Virus record (IMG/VR): IMGVR_UViG_3300029288_000005
Location: 1 to 64,000 of that record
Direction: 5' to 3' (one strand)
DNA: 64,000 nucleotides
From: a virus
Taxonomy: Duplodnaviria; Caudoviricetes
The notes beneath the pieces were generated by a model. It worked only from the letters and a program-made list of their open reading frames with translations. It searched no databases and had not been told where the DNA came from. A program made the position numbers and the translations under genes. Every line of letters begins with the position of its first letter. Within the stretch, counting starts at the first letter, position 1. Of the stretch, positions 9,449 through 19,190 are shown piece by piece.

Positions 9449-10344
9449 AATACGAATTAACTTGGGATGATGTTGAAGTTAGAGCTAGGTCGACACTGTC
9501 ATCTGTATTGGGCAGATTTCCTGAACTCCATCAAGAACGCACAATAAGTGTATATCCAGTTCCCAGAGGTGGGATATTTGCAGCTTTAGTTCTACAAAGA
9601 GTTGCCGCTATGAATGGATACACTATTGAGATGGCAAGTAAACCAGAAGACAGTAGTTTTCTAATTGATGACATCATTGATTCTGGTAGAACTCAAGAAC
9701 AACATAAACAAACAAATAGACCATTCTATGCCTTGGTAGATAAGACTAGGGAAGACGTGTCTGGGTGGTATATTTTTCCTTGGGAGGTTGTGGCTTTAGA
9801 AAGGGGGCCAGAGGAAAACATCACTAGAATAATTGAGTACATAGGGGATGACCCAAACCGAGAGGGTTTACAAGAAACTCCCAGTAGGGTAGTTAAGTCC
9901 TACTCCCAGTTGTTTTCTGGTTATGGTGTTGATGTTAACCAGATCATCAAGGTGTTTGAGGATGACTCCTGCAAGGAAATGGTAGTGTTGAAAGATATTG
10001 AGTTTTACTCCACTTGTGAGCATCACATTCTCCCCTTCTTTGGAAAAGCACACATTGCTTATATTCCTGACGGTAGAGTTATGGGTGTTTCTAAGTTAGC
10101 CAGGCTATTGGAGGTATATTCCCGACGGTTGCAGATACAAGAAAGAATCTGTCAACAAGTCACCTCGGCCCTAGATACATACTTGATGCCGTTGGGCTCT
10201 GCTTGCGTTTTGCAAGCACAGCATTTCTGTATGACCAGTCGGGGCGTGCAGAAGCAAAATTCGATCATGGTTACTTCTAGCCTGACTGGGAGTTTCCTGG
10301 AACCGGCTGTCAGAAATGAGTTTTTGAATTTCATAAGGAGCTGA
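9445..10344 (+). CDS. folE: phosphoribosyltransferase-like domain fused to GTP cyclohydrolase I
   Basis: N-term VYPVPRGG and IDDIIDSGRT PRPP loop, WYIFPWE; C-term REGLQETP.RV, CEHH, GVSKLAR, QIQER, H.CM..RGV. Confidence 0.9.
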   Translation: MKYELTWDDVEVRARSTLSSVLGRFPELHQERTISVYPVPRGGIFAALVLQRVAAMNGYTIEMASKPEDSSFLIDDIIDSGRTQEQHKQTNRPFYALVDKTREDVSGWYIFPWEVVALERGPEENITRIIEYIGDDPNREGLQETPSRVVKSYSQLFSGYGVDVNQIIKVFEDDSCKEMVVLKDIEFYSTCEHHILPFFGKAHIAYIPDGRVMGVSKLARLLEVYSRRLQIQERICQQVTSALDTYLMPLGSACVLQAQHFCMTSRGVQKQNSIMVTSSLTGSFLEPAVRNEFLNFIRS

Positions 10345-10346
10345 AA

Positions 10347-10760
10347 ATGGATGACGTTAGTGGATTGAAACAATTGGGGTCTCGGGTAACAGAGTACAAA
10401 TATGATGTACCATTATCTAGTATTCTGGAGACATTTCCTAACAAGTTTCGAGACGAAGAATATGAGGTCCGATTGCACTTCAAGGAGTTTACTTCCTTGT
10501 GTCCCAAGACAGGCCAGCCCGATTTTGCAGAGATTGAAATTGTTTACACTCCCTCTGCAAAGTGTGTTGAGACAAAATCGCTGAAGCTCTACTTTTTCGC
10601 TTATAGAAACTACGGGTCGTTCATGGAGACCATAGTCAATAAGATTCTACGAGATCTTGTTGAATCCCTTGACCCGATTCGTTGTAAGGTCATTGGTAAT
10701 TTTGCCAGTCGAGGCGGAATCAATCTACAGGTAGTGGCTGAACATGTCAAGTGTGACTAA
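10347..10760 (+). CDS. queF: NADPH-dependent preQ0 reductase
   Basis: EFTSLCPKTGQPDFA and QueF motif VETKSLKLYF, F..RGG. Confidence 0.92.
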   Translation: MDDVSGLKQLGSRVTEYKYDVPLSSILETFPNKFRDEEYEVRLHFKEFTSLCPKTGQPDFAEIEIVYTPSAKCVETKSLKLYFFAYRNYGSFMETIVNKILRDLVESLDPIRCKVIGNFASRGGINLQVVAEHVKCD

Positions 10761-11817
10761 GGTTATCCTGGATTCTGGTGCCTTTACTGTCTGGACCAAA
10801 GGTACAAAAATTGATGTAGATGAGTACATCAAGTTCTGTCAGAGGAACTCATGGATTACCTACTATGTCAATTTGGATGTTATCCCTGGCAGCTTTGGGG
10901 TAGTGGCTAAGCCCAAACAGATACAAGCCTCTTGCGAAGAGGGTTGGTCTAACTATCTGAAGATGTTGAAGAAGCTGCCAATTGAAAAAGTGATTCCTGT
11001 TTTTCACCAGGGGGATGACCCCACCTGGTTGAAGAAGATGATAGATATTGGGGCTAAGTATGTGGGCATCTCTCCTGCTAACGATAGGACTGTGGGGGGT
11101 AAGTTGGCTTGGATGCGGGGAACTGTGAAGCCAATTGTAATCGATAAGAGTGGGGAACCTGTTGTGGGGATGCATGGGTTTGCGGTTACTTCTTTGCGAT
11201 TGATGAAAGAATGGAAATGGAAATCAGTTGATTCGGCTTCATGGGTGCGAGTGGGGGGTATGGGCAGTATCATACTGCCCCGTAGGAAAAACGGGGAGTA
11301 TAACTACGCATCCAAGGCGCATATAATATCGGTAACTGAGAGAGGTGGGTCTGTAGAGGAGAATGGATTTTTCAAGGACTTCAAACCAGGCTACATAGGA
11401 TCCAATCATTACACAAGATTGTCTCCTACTCTTCGCACAGAGTTTGATGAGTACCTTGCCTTGAACAGTGTGGGGTTGGGCGAATGGGACTTGGTGACTG
11501 TTTCCAATGATTATAAAAAGAATGTGAGAAAGGATCGCTGGTTCAATAAGAAGAAGAACATAGTGTTTCAAATCAAAAAGTCAGGGGTTGCAACATCTCA
11601 CATCTGTCGAAAATGGTTAAACGCTAAGTATTACGTTGAGTTGCAAAACCATGTTCCTGTAGAAGATTTGTACTTGGCGGGCATGGTAGGTGTGACTTGC
11701 TATAAGATAGAGAAGATGATACCAAACAGGCTACTGTCATACCACTTCATCAAAGGTTCAAAAGAGAATAAAAAGATATTCCAGTATTTCAAGGAGAAAT
11801 TAAGTGAAGGTCAATAG
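10744..11817 (+). CDS. DpdA/TGT-like DNA guanine transglycosylase
   Basis: ILDSGAF, NLDVIPG, PVFH.G, HGF, SVDS.SW TGT-fold motifs; last gene of the que cluster. Confidence 0.78.
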   Translation: MSSVTKVILDSGAFTVWTKGTKIDVDEYIKFCQRNSWITYYVNLDVIPGSFGVVAKPKQIQASCEEGWSNYLKMLKKLPIEKVIPVFHQGDDPTWLKKMIDIGAKYVGISPANDRTVGGKLAWMRGTVKPIVIDKSGEPVVGMHGFAVTSLRLMKEWKWKSVDSASWVRVGGMGSIILPRRKNGEYNYASKAHIISVTERGGSVEENGFFKDFKPGYIGSNHYTRLSPTLRTEFDEYLALNSVGLGEWDLVTVSNDYKKNVRKDRWFNKKKNIVFQIKKSGVATSHICRKWLNAKYYVELQNHVPVEDLYLAGMVGVTCYKIEKMIPNRLLSYHFIKGSKENKKIFQYFKEKLSEGQ

Positions 11818-12802
11818 AAAACAGTTGTATGACAAGCTACAGAATCTCTCTCATGGGTTGTCTACACAGAATGTAATAGAGCAGAGTGAATGCTTTGTTT
11901 TTTCGAATGGTACGATTTTCACTTTTAACGATGAGATATTCTGCTCTTGTGAATCTATTGGTATAGAAATAGAGGGGGCTTGCAAGTCGAGTTTGTTATT
12001 GAACTTGCTTGGCAAGATGTCGGAAGAGGAGATAGATATTGAAGTTGTTGAGAATGCCTTGGTAGTGAAGGGAAATAAGAAAAAAGCTAAGATTGTGTTA
12101 GAGCAGGACATAGCGTTAAAGATCCAAGAGATTAGCAAGCCCACAAAGTGGAAAAAGCTGCCCAAAGAGTTTGTTGATATGGTCCAGTTGGCCAGTAATT
12201 GTGTCTCAAGGGATGAGAGTAAGTATGTGCTCACCTGCGTCCATCTCAGCCAATCCTACATTGAAGCAGGTAATGATTACCAGTTGATTCGATGCTATGG
12301 GGATGTGGGCATGGAGGATGTGCTCATAAGTGGATCTTCTCTTTCAAAAATTTGCTTGGTCCAACCTGTAGAGTATAGCCTTACCAAGGATTGGATGCAC
12401 TTCCGAACAGAAGGGGCAATACAAATCAGTTGTAGAATGAGCAGAGAAACCTACCCCAACATTGATCAGTTTTTGAAAGTGGGTGGAAAGAAGCTAAAAG
12501 TTCCCACAGAATTGATTGAGGCAGTTGAGAGGACCAGTCTGTTCGCGTCTGATCAACAAAAGGATGATGATATTATACAGGTGACCGTTGCAGAAAATAG
12601 TATGAAGTTGCTGGGCACTAACTCTGGGGGCAACTACGCAGAAATGCTAAGCATCAAATACGAGGGTAACCCAGTAAAGTTCCTGGTCAAGCCCCATCTT
12701 TTGAAGGACATGCTGAAAAAATCACAGAGGTGGGTGTTGTCTGATAAGCTTCAAATAAAGACAAAAGAATTCGTTTTCTGTACAAGCATCTCGCAGGAGT
12801 AG
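11804..12802 (+). CDS. DNA sliding clamp (DnaN-like)
   Basis: 332 aa, MKVNRKQL start, S.DES+YVL..V, YPNID pattern; clamp loader nearby. Confidence 0.7.
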   Translation: MKVNRKQLYDKLQNLSHGLSTQNVIEQSECFVFSNGTIFTFNDEIFCSCESIGIEIEGACKSSLLLNLLGKMSEEEIDIEVVENALVVKGNKKKAKIVLEQDIALKIQEISKPTKWKKLPKEFVDMVQLASNCVSRDESKYVLTCVHLSQSYIEAGNDYQLIRCYGDVGMEDVLISGSSLSKICLVQPVEYSLTKDWMHFRTEGAIQISCRMSRETYPNIDQFLKVGGKKLKVPTELIEAVERTSLFASDQQKDDDIIQVTVAENSMKLLGTNSGGNYAEMLSIKYEGNPVKFLVKPHLLKDMLKKSQRWVLSDKLQIKTKEFVFCTSISQE

Positions 12803-12804
12803 CA

Positions 12805-13992
12805 GTGGAAGGTTTTTTTGCCAACAATCCAAGTGTGGTGTCTAGTGCTCCTAGATGCCAATCTTGTGGGTTGAAGCACAAGTGCAACACACCCAGGATG
12901 GCTCCCTCGGGTTTGGGAAAAATGGGAGTTCTGGTGGTAGGGGAAGCCCCTGGAGAGAGGGAAGACAGAGAAGGAATCCAATTGATTGGTAAGTCTGGTC
13001 AACTGTTGAGGAGGCATTTGAATGATCTGGGAATCAAACTCGATCGAGATTGTTGGAAAACAAATGCAGTCAACTGCCGTCCACCAGAAAACAGGACTCC
13101 AACAGCAAAAGAGATTGTGGCTTGTCGGCCCTTCCTACTAAAGTTGATAAAAGAAAAGAACCCGAAGGTAGTTATTTTGCTAGGAACCAAATCTGTTCAA
13201 TCTCTTTTGGGGCCTCTTTGGAAAAAAGATATAGGGAGTATCAGTAGGTGGGTAGGTTGTTTGGTTCCTTGTCGGGAATACAATGTCTGGATTGCTCCAA
13301 ACTGGCACCCTTCTTATTTGCTCCGACAAAATAGTGAAGTTCTTGAATCAAACTTTCACGACAACTTAAGAAGGGCTTTCAGTATTGAATCACACCCCTA
13401 TAAATCTAGTAGTTGTAAAAATCCTTACACACAAAAGATAAAGGTATTGAAAAATCCAGACTCTGTGTTGACATACATAGAGAGTTTTCTGGAAGCAAAC
13501 AATCCCATTGCTTTCGATTTTGAAACAGATAGGTTGAAACCAGATGCTGATGGCTCTAGTATTTTTAGTTGTGCTATATCCGACGGAGAGTGTACAATTG
13601 CTTATCCATGGGTTGGGGATGCGATTGCAGCAACAAGCAAACTGCTCAGAAGTAGGGTGCCCAAGATTGGAGCTAACATTAAGTTTGAAGAACGCTGGAC
13701 AAGAAAAATACTCGGGCATGGTGTGAGGAATTGGGTATGGGACTGTATGGTAGCAGCACATACACTCAACAACACCCCGGGAATAACCTCTGTAAAGTTT
13801 CAATCCTTCGTTAGGTTTGGTGTGGGGGACTACTCTAGTAACATAAGTAGTTTCCTAGAGGCTGGGGGAAAAGGAAATACAGAAAATAAGATTAAGCAAG
13901 TGAAGCTCTCTGATTTATTGCTTTACAACGGAATGGATGCTCTCATGGAATATAAAATCGCACAACAGCAGATGGAGGAGATAAATGAGTAG
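12805..13992 (+). CDS. uracil-DNA glycosylase family 4-like domain + 3'-5' exonuclease (N-terminal half of split DNA polymerase)
   Basis: C..C.L...C, VGEAPG..ED, NAVNCRPPENRTP, HPSYLLR; then AFDFET (ExoI), NIKFE (ExoII), YNGMDA (ExoIII). Confidence 0.88.
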   Translation: MEGFFANNPSVVSSAPRCQSCGLKHKCNTPRMAPSGLGKMGVLVVGEAPGEREDREGIQLIGKSGQLLRRHLNDLGIKLDRDCWKTNAVNCRPPENRTPTAKEIVACRPFLLKLIKEKNPKVVILLGTKSVQSLLGPLWKKDIGSISRWVGCLVPCREYNVWIAPNWHPSYLLRQNSEVLESNFHDNLRRAFSIESHPYKSSSCKNPYTQKIKVLKNPDSVLTYIESFLEANNPIAFDFETDRLKPDADGSSIFSCAISDGECTIAYPWVGDAIAATSKLLRSRVPKIGANIKFEERWTRKILGHGVRNWVWDCMVAAHTLNNTPGITSVKFQSFVRFGVGDYSSNISSFLEAGGKGNTENKIKQVKLSDLLLYNGMDALMEYKIAQQQMEEINE

Positions 13993-14410
13993 CAGAAGAG
14001 AAAAACTCCCGGATACAAGAAATTCTGTGGTACATAAGTTCAACATCAATGGATACAAGGGATACATAATAGTTGGCATGTATGACGATGGTCGTCCAGG
14101 TGAACTGTTTGTGGAGATTGCTAAAGAAGGCTCCACCGTAGGGGGTTTGTGTGACACTATTGGCATCCTCACCAGTATGGCACTACAGCATGGCGTTTCA
14201 TTGGAGACACTTGTGCGAAAGTTCCGTGGAACTTCTTTTGAGCCATGTGGTGGTACAACAAACAAGGAGATACCCATCACAAGCAGTCTGGCGGATTATA
14301 TCTATACCTGGATGGGGTTGAAGTTTAGTGAGTCTTTCAGAAAGGAATATGAACAGGCGAGGGAAGCCAAAGAACGAATGTCTGAAGAACTAAAAGGAAC
14401 AAAACAATGA
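13985..14410 (+). CDS. stand-alone TSCPD domain (C-terminal domain of class II ribonucleotide reductase)
   Basis: REKLPD.R....HKF.I.G.KGY..VG.Y.DGRPGELF...KEGST..G..D....S.ALQ.GV.L......F....FEP.G. Confidence 0.8.
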   Translation: MSSRREKLPDTRNSVVHKFNINGYKGYIIVGMYDDGRPGELFVEIAKEGSTVGGLCDTIGILTSMALQHGVSLETLVRKFRGTSFEPCGGTTNKEIPITSSLADYIYTWMGLKFSESFRKEYEQAREAKERMSEELKGTKQ

Positions 14411-14796
14411 ATGCAGTATGTCCAAACTGTGGTACTTCTGATACTCACCCCGATGTCTATGTAGGGAGACAAGTGGTATGCAAGAACTGCAAGAACAAGT
14501 TTGAGTTGGTTCATTTACAGAAGTGTCAGCCTGTAGCAGTAGAAAGGAAGAAAGGTGTGGAGTATGAAGGGATTGATGGTTCTATTGCGTTCAGCACAGT
14601 ACTAGTTATTATTGGGGCCGTGATACTGGCACTTTCTTTCACTATGAAGGTTACAGTTGACAGCACTTATAATATAGGGTTGTTAGATCAGAGGCGTGCT
14701 ATTTTTCTACTGGGGTGTGTCACTGTACTGGTTGCACATCTACAACTAGTTGTAGTGTATTTGAGAAGTATTTGTAATTGCTTGAGAAAAAAATGA
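14407..14796 (+). CDS. Zn-ribbon membrane protein
   Basis: CPNC...CKNC at the N-terminus, two hydrophobic segments. Confidence 0.6.
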   Translation: MNAVCPNCGTSDTHPDVYVGRQVVCKNCKNKFELVHLQKCQPVAVERKKGVEYEGIDGSIAFSTVLVIIGAVILALSFTMKVTVDSTYNIGLLDQRRAIFLLGCVTVLVAHLQLVVVYLRSICNCLRKK

Positions 14797-16133
14797 AGCC
14801 AACCACAAAAGATGCTTACAAGTTGTTGCATGAAGGTATGTTAGCGTTGGCTAGGGCAGAAGAAGTAGGGATGCGTATTGATGTAGATCTCATGGATCGC
14901 ACGATAGAAGATACCAAGGTGCGAATAAAAGATCTTAATGAAGCTCTTAAGGATTCTGAAGAGTGGGGAATGTGGCGAAAGCGTTATGGGGAGAAAGCAA
15001 ATCTAGGGAGCAGAACGCAACTTGGAAAGATATTGTTTGAAGTGCTGAACTACACACCTCTGTCAAAAACGAAAACGGGAAGAGGGCAGGTTGACGTCGA
15101 TTGCTTGTCGAAGATTGACACTGATTTTACAAGAAACTATATATCAGCAGAGAAGCTAAAGAAACTTCTATCTACTTATCTAGTGGGAATCAGGAGGGAG
15201 GTCTGTGATGGGTTTCTTCACCCTTCTTTCAATCTGCATCTCGTCAGAACGTACCGAAGTTCTTCATCCAATCCCAACTTTCAGAATATACCGATACGGG
15301 ATCCTGAGATTGGCAAACTAATCAGATCCTGCTTCGTTCCTAGAAAAGGGCACACACTGGTGGAGATAGACTATGGTGCTTTGGAATTTCGGATTTGTGC
15401 GTGTTTTCACCGTGATAAGAAAATGGTGGACTACGCCTGCAACCCAGACCTTGACATACACAGAGATATGGCTGCTGAGTGTTACTGCTTAAACAAGTCT
15501 CAGGTTACGAAGCAGGCTAGGTTTCATGCTAAGAACTGCTTTGTTTTCCCTACTATTTATAATTCCTACTACAAGAATACGGCTAGAAATCTGTGGAACG
15601 CTATTGATGAGTCTGCCCTAAAAACAGTTGAAGGTGTTTCACTAAGAAAGCATTTGAAGAGCAAGGGGATAGATTTTTACAACTACGAAGACCATATAAA
15701 GAGAGTTGAAGAAAAGTTCAACAAAAAGTTTTCTACTTGGAGCAGCCATAAGGAGACATGGTGGAACAACTATATTGAGAATGGTTGGTTTGATCTTATG
15801 ACTGGTTTTAGAATGAGTGGAATCTATACCAGAAATCAGGTAGCCAACATACCTATACAAGGTCCGGCATTTCATTGTCTGCTGTGGTCACTTATACAGA
15901 TGGTAAAGTGGTTGAGCAAGGCCAAGATGAAGAGCCATATAATAGGGCAGATACATGACAGTATTGTGGCAGACGTGCACAATAGCGAACTAAGTGATTA
16001 TCTGAATAAGGCTAAGCAGGTAATGACTGAGGGTGTGAGAGAGCACTGGCCATGGATAATTACTGATTTACAGATAGAAGCTGAAGCTAGTGATGTAAAT
16101 TGGTATGAGAAAAAACCCATAGAGATAGCGTGA
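14793..16133 (+). CDS. polA: family A DNA polymerase, polymerase domain (C-terminal half)
   Basis: RTYRSSSSNPNFQNIP, motif A EIDYGALEFR, motif B R..AKN..F..IY, motif C QIHDS. Confidence 0.93.
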   Translation: MKPTTKDAYKLLHEGMLALARAEEVGMRIDVDLMDRTIEDTKVRIKDLNEALKDSEEWGMWRKRYGEKANLGSRTQLGKILFEVLNYTPLSKTKTGRGQVDVDCLSKIDTDFTRNYISAEKLKKLLSTYLVGIRREVCDGFLHPSFNLHLVRTYRSSSSNPNFQNIPIRDPEIGKLIRSCFVPRKGHTLVEIDYGALEFRICACFHRDKKMVDYACNPDLDIHRDMAAECYCLNKSQVTKQARFHAKNCFVFPTIYNSYYKNTARNLWNAIDESALKTVEGVSLRKHLKSKGIDFYNYEDHIKRVEEKFNKKFSTWSSHKETWWNNYIENGWFDLMTGFRMSGIYTRNQVANIPIQGPAFHCLLWSLIQMVKWLSKAKMKSHIIGQIHDSIVADVHNSELSDYLNKAKQVMTEGVREHWPWIITDLQIEAEASDVNWYEKKPIEIA

Positions 16134-17053
16134 TGGAATTATACAAGAAGTACAGGCCAACGAAGTTTTCTGAAGTTGTTGGACAGAAGGAAGTTCTAAA
16201 AACTTTGGTTGATTTCGGCAAGCGCAAGTCAATACCACATTTCTTGTTGTTAACAGGCCCCAGTGGTTGTGGAAAAACAACCATAGCCCGAATTCTAAAG
16301 GGTAAGCTGAACTGTGGGGATATGGATTTTTATGAGTTGAACGTCGCCGACTTTAGAGGTATAGACATGGTGCGTGACATTCGAAGTAAGATGTCATTGG
16401 CTCCCATGTCCGGAAGTGTACGGATCTGGTTGATCGACGAATGTCATGCACTCACTAAGGACGCGATGGGGGCATTCCTGAAGATGCTGGAGGACACTCC
16501 TAAACATGTCTACTTCTTCCTTGCTACAACCGATCCACAGAAGTTGCTACCAACGATAAGGACCAGAGCAACAGAGCTCAAGGTTAAAGCACTTGATGTT
16601 ATTGAATCTAAGAATCTAGTGATGTCTGTAGCAGAAAAAGAGGACAAGTGCAATCTACAAGAGGAAGTGGTTGATAAGATTGTTGATTTAGCACAAGGAT
16701 CTCCCAGGAAACTATTGGTTCTACTAGATCAAGTGATACACGAAACTGATGTTGATACAGCTATAGAAGCATTATCAGCGGGTGTAGCGGAGAAAGATGC
16801 TATTGAGCTGGCACGGATGTTGCTTACGGGTGGAACATGGGCAACGGTAGCCAAGTTTCTCAAGTCGTTTGAAGGGCTCGACGAGCAGGCTGAGAGTATT
16901 AGATGGTTGATCCTATCCTATATGAGTACAGTTGCTCTGAACAGTCCAAAGCAAGCAGAGCGGGCTTGTATGGTGATAGAAGCATTCCGTGATAACTTCT
17001 ACGATTGTAAGCGGGCTGGTTTGATTGCTGCCTGTTGGGAAGTGTGTTCCTAG
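16130..17053 (+). CDS. dnaX: clamp loader AAA+ ATPase (DnaX gamma/tau-like)
   Basis: LYKKYRP.KFSEVVGQ, GPSGCGKTT, IDECH, LLPTIRTR. Confidence 0.9.
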   Translation: MMELYKKYRPTKFSEVVGQKEVLKTLVDFGKRKSIPHFLLLTGPSGCGKTTIARILKGKLNCGDMDFYELNVADFRGIDMVRDIRSKMSLAPMSGSVRIWLIDECHALTKDAMGAFLKMLEDTPKHVYFFLATTDPQKLLPTIRTRATELKVKALDVIESKNLVMSVAEKEDKCNLQEEVVDKIVDLAQGSPRKLLVLLDQVIHETDVDTAIEALSAGVAEKDAIELARMLLTGGTWATVAKFLKSFEGLDEQAESIRWLILSYMSTVALNSPKQAERACMVIEAFRDNFYDCKRAGLIAACWEVCS

Positions 17054-17086
17054 GGAGAGATATAATAAGAATGCAAGGGAGTTCCA

Positions 17087-17266
17087 ATGAAGGTAAGATA
17101 TGCTTTACAAAGAACCATAAACCTGGGAAACTTTGAGAACGTTAAGATAGATATAGGCATAGAGACAGCGTGTGAAGAAAACAATGTGGGCAAGACATTT
17201 ACTAAGATCAAAAAGTTCGTAGAAAACAAAATTGAAGAGGAGATGGAAGAATGGCAACAAAAGTAG
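17087..17266 (+). CDS. small hypothetical phage protein (59 aa, not in ORF track)
   Basis: Manual translation MKVRYALQRTINLGNFENVKIDIGIE...WQQK*; AGGGAG RBS. Confidence 0.6.
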   Translation: MKVRYALQRTINLGNFENVKIDIGIETACEENNVGKTFTKIKKFVENKIEEEMEEWQQK

Positions 17267-17730
17267 AAGAAAGTGATTTCGTTATTGACAAGAACAACTT
17301 GGGTAACGAGTGGTTGCGACAACCTATACTCTATCTGAAGTACTCACAGAAGGCTGCAGATGCTCACCGTGATGTTGACGAGTGTAAAAACACGCTCGAA
17401 ATTACTCGGGCAGAAATGTCAATTAGGATGCGAAAGGATCCTGAGAAGTATGACTTGGTGAAAGTTACGGAAACAGCTTTGTCTAGTGCTGTTGATATCT
17501 CAGAGGATGTAAAGAATTCTCAAGCTGACTTAATAGAAGCTCGGCATGATTATGAAGTCCTCCAAGCAGCAGTGGGAGCTATGGAGCATCGAAAGAAGGC
17601 GTTGGAGAGTTATACTAGTTTGTTCCTTGCTGGGTACTTTGGTGACCCCAAAGCAAAACAAGGTGAGTCCGATGCTGTAGACGAGATGCGGAAGAGGGAA
17701 ATAAGGAGAAAAGGTGTTCGGCGTGATTAA
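17251..17730 (+). CDS. UvsY-like recombination mediator (putative)
   Basis: Helical protein, IDKNNL..EW..QP..Y..Y...; sits before SSB and RecA. Confidence 0.55.
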   Translation: MATKVEESDFVIDKNNLGNEWLRQPILYLKYSQKAADAHRDVDECKNTLEITRAEMSIRMRKDPEKYDLVKVTETALSSAVDISEDVKNSQADLIEARHDYEVLQAAVGAMEHRKKALESYTSLFLAGYFGDPKAKQGESDAVDEMRKREIRRKGVRRD

Positions 17731-17911
17731 CCTAGCAACATTGATTTTAGTAGTAGTTTTGATTTTTGTGGGAGTCCCGTTCTTAGTTCTGTCTTGTTTC
17801 AAACTAGGAGCGTATGGATATTATAAAGGTAAGTTTTTAGCACAACAAGAAACCTCAAAGAAGGAGAGTCCAATCAATGGCAACTCGAACGGAAAAAAAA
17901 GAACGACGTAA
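17714..17911 (+). CDS. small membrane protein
   Basis: Long hydrophobic stretch followed by a basic tail. Confidence 0.45.
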   Translation: MFGVINLATLILVVVLIFVGVPFLVLSCFKLGAYGYYKGKFLAQQETSKKESPINGNSNGKKRTT

Positions 17912-19079
17912 CAAGGTGTCTGCCAAAAGGCGACTTACAGAGCACAAAATAGGTGGTGGGAGTAGCCACTTGACAATCCCTGATGGGTGTGAAGCATTTT
18001 CGCCAAAACCTGGTAGCTATCGATTGGAGTTCCTCCCTTACGTTGTCAAAAGCAATCCCTATGCCAAGGCCGGGGAATTGCATTTTGAGCGCACTTATTT
18101 TATCCACCGGAATATAGGCCCCAACAATGAGTGGTGCATATGTTTGGCGAAAACATATGGAAAACCTTGTCCCATATGTGAGTACCGCTCAAAACTCACC
18201 AAAGACCCCAGCTCTGACGAGGAGACTGTTAAGGCGTTAGCACCAGCAGAGCGTCAACTGTTTGTGGTAGTGGAGGGTTCTTCTTACGACCAGAAGCTGA
18301 TTTGGGATGTTTCCCACCATCTCTTTGGCAAACAGTTAGACAACAAAATCCAAAACAGTGATGAAGAAGATGGTTACGACCTGTTTGCTGACGTTGAAGA
18401 GGGAAAAACTGTTCGGGTTTCTTTCAAGCAGTCGGACCAAGGCAAGTGGTTAGAGACTATTGATATTGAGTTTAAGGACCGCAGAAAGCCCCTGCCTAGC
18501 AGTGTCTTTGAGGATGTGCCTTGTTTGGATGATATGCTCAAACCGATGTCCTACGATAAGATGAAAGCACTGCTCCTTCAGATAGAAGAGGATGGGGATG
18601 ATGAAAGCCCCAAAAAAAGCAAAACCTCAAAGAAATCGAGCAAGGAAGTAAAAACTGCCGAAGACTATGGGTTGTCGGTCGGTGATACTGTTTCATACTC
18701 CGAAGGAGATCCTGATGAGTTGTATACTATTGATAGAATTTCGGGAGATGGTACTAGTTTAGTATTGGAAGATTCCGACGGAAACAAGATTAAAGCAGTA
18801 GCTGTTGAAGAGGTTGAGCTGGTTGAATCGGATGAAAAACCTGCCAAGTCCAAGAATTCGAAAAAGGCCGTGACTAAAAAGCCGTCAAAAGATGATGAAG
18901 AGGATGACGGTGACGACGAGGATGAAGAAGATGAAGATGATGACGACGACGAGGAAGAGGAAGAAGAAAAACCCAAGTCCAGAAAACCTTCCAAGTCAAC
19001 GAAGTCTACAAAATCAAAAAAGTCGTCAAAAGATGACGATGAAGACGATGACGACGACTTTGACGATTGGGATGAGTAA
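17877..19079 (+). CDS. single-stranded DNA-binding protein (gp32-like) with long acidic tail
   Basis: H...C......CPICE zinc site; Asp/Glu-rich C-terminus ending DDFDDWDE. Confidence 0.8.
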   Translation: MATRTEKKERRNKVSAKRRLTEHKIGGGSSHLTIPDGCEAFSPKPGSYRLEFLPYVVKSNPYAKAGELHFERTYFIHRNIGPNNEWCICLAKTYGKPCPICEYRSKLTKDPSSDEETVKALAPAERQLFVVVEGSSYDQKLIWDVSHHLFGKQLDNKIQNSDEEDGYDLFADVEEGKTVRVSFKQSDQGKWLETIDIEFKDRRKPLPSSVFEDVPCLDDMLKPMSYDKMKALLLQIEEDGDDESPKKSKTSKKSSKEVKTAEDYGLSVGDTVSYSEGDPDELYTIDRISGDGTSLVLEDSDGNKIKAVAVEEVELVESDEKPAKSKNSKKAVTKKPSKDDEEDDGDDEDEEDEDDDDDEEEEEEKPKSRKPSKSTKSTKSKKSSKDDDEDDDDDFDDWDE

Positions 19080-19090
19080 CGAATAAGGGT

Positions 19091-19120
19091 AAGGGAGCCA
19101 GAAATGGCTCCCTTTTTGTT
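19091..19120 (+). terminator. rho-independent terminator
   Basis: AAGGGAGCCA-GAAA-TGGCTCCCTT hairpin plus T-run after SSB. Confidence 0.88.
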
Positions 19121-19190
19121 ATGTTGATAACATCTTACTGCTCCGATGGGGCTGTTATGGTAACAAGTACACCAAATATAGGAAGTAAAC

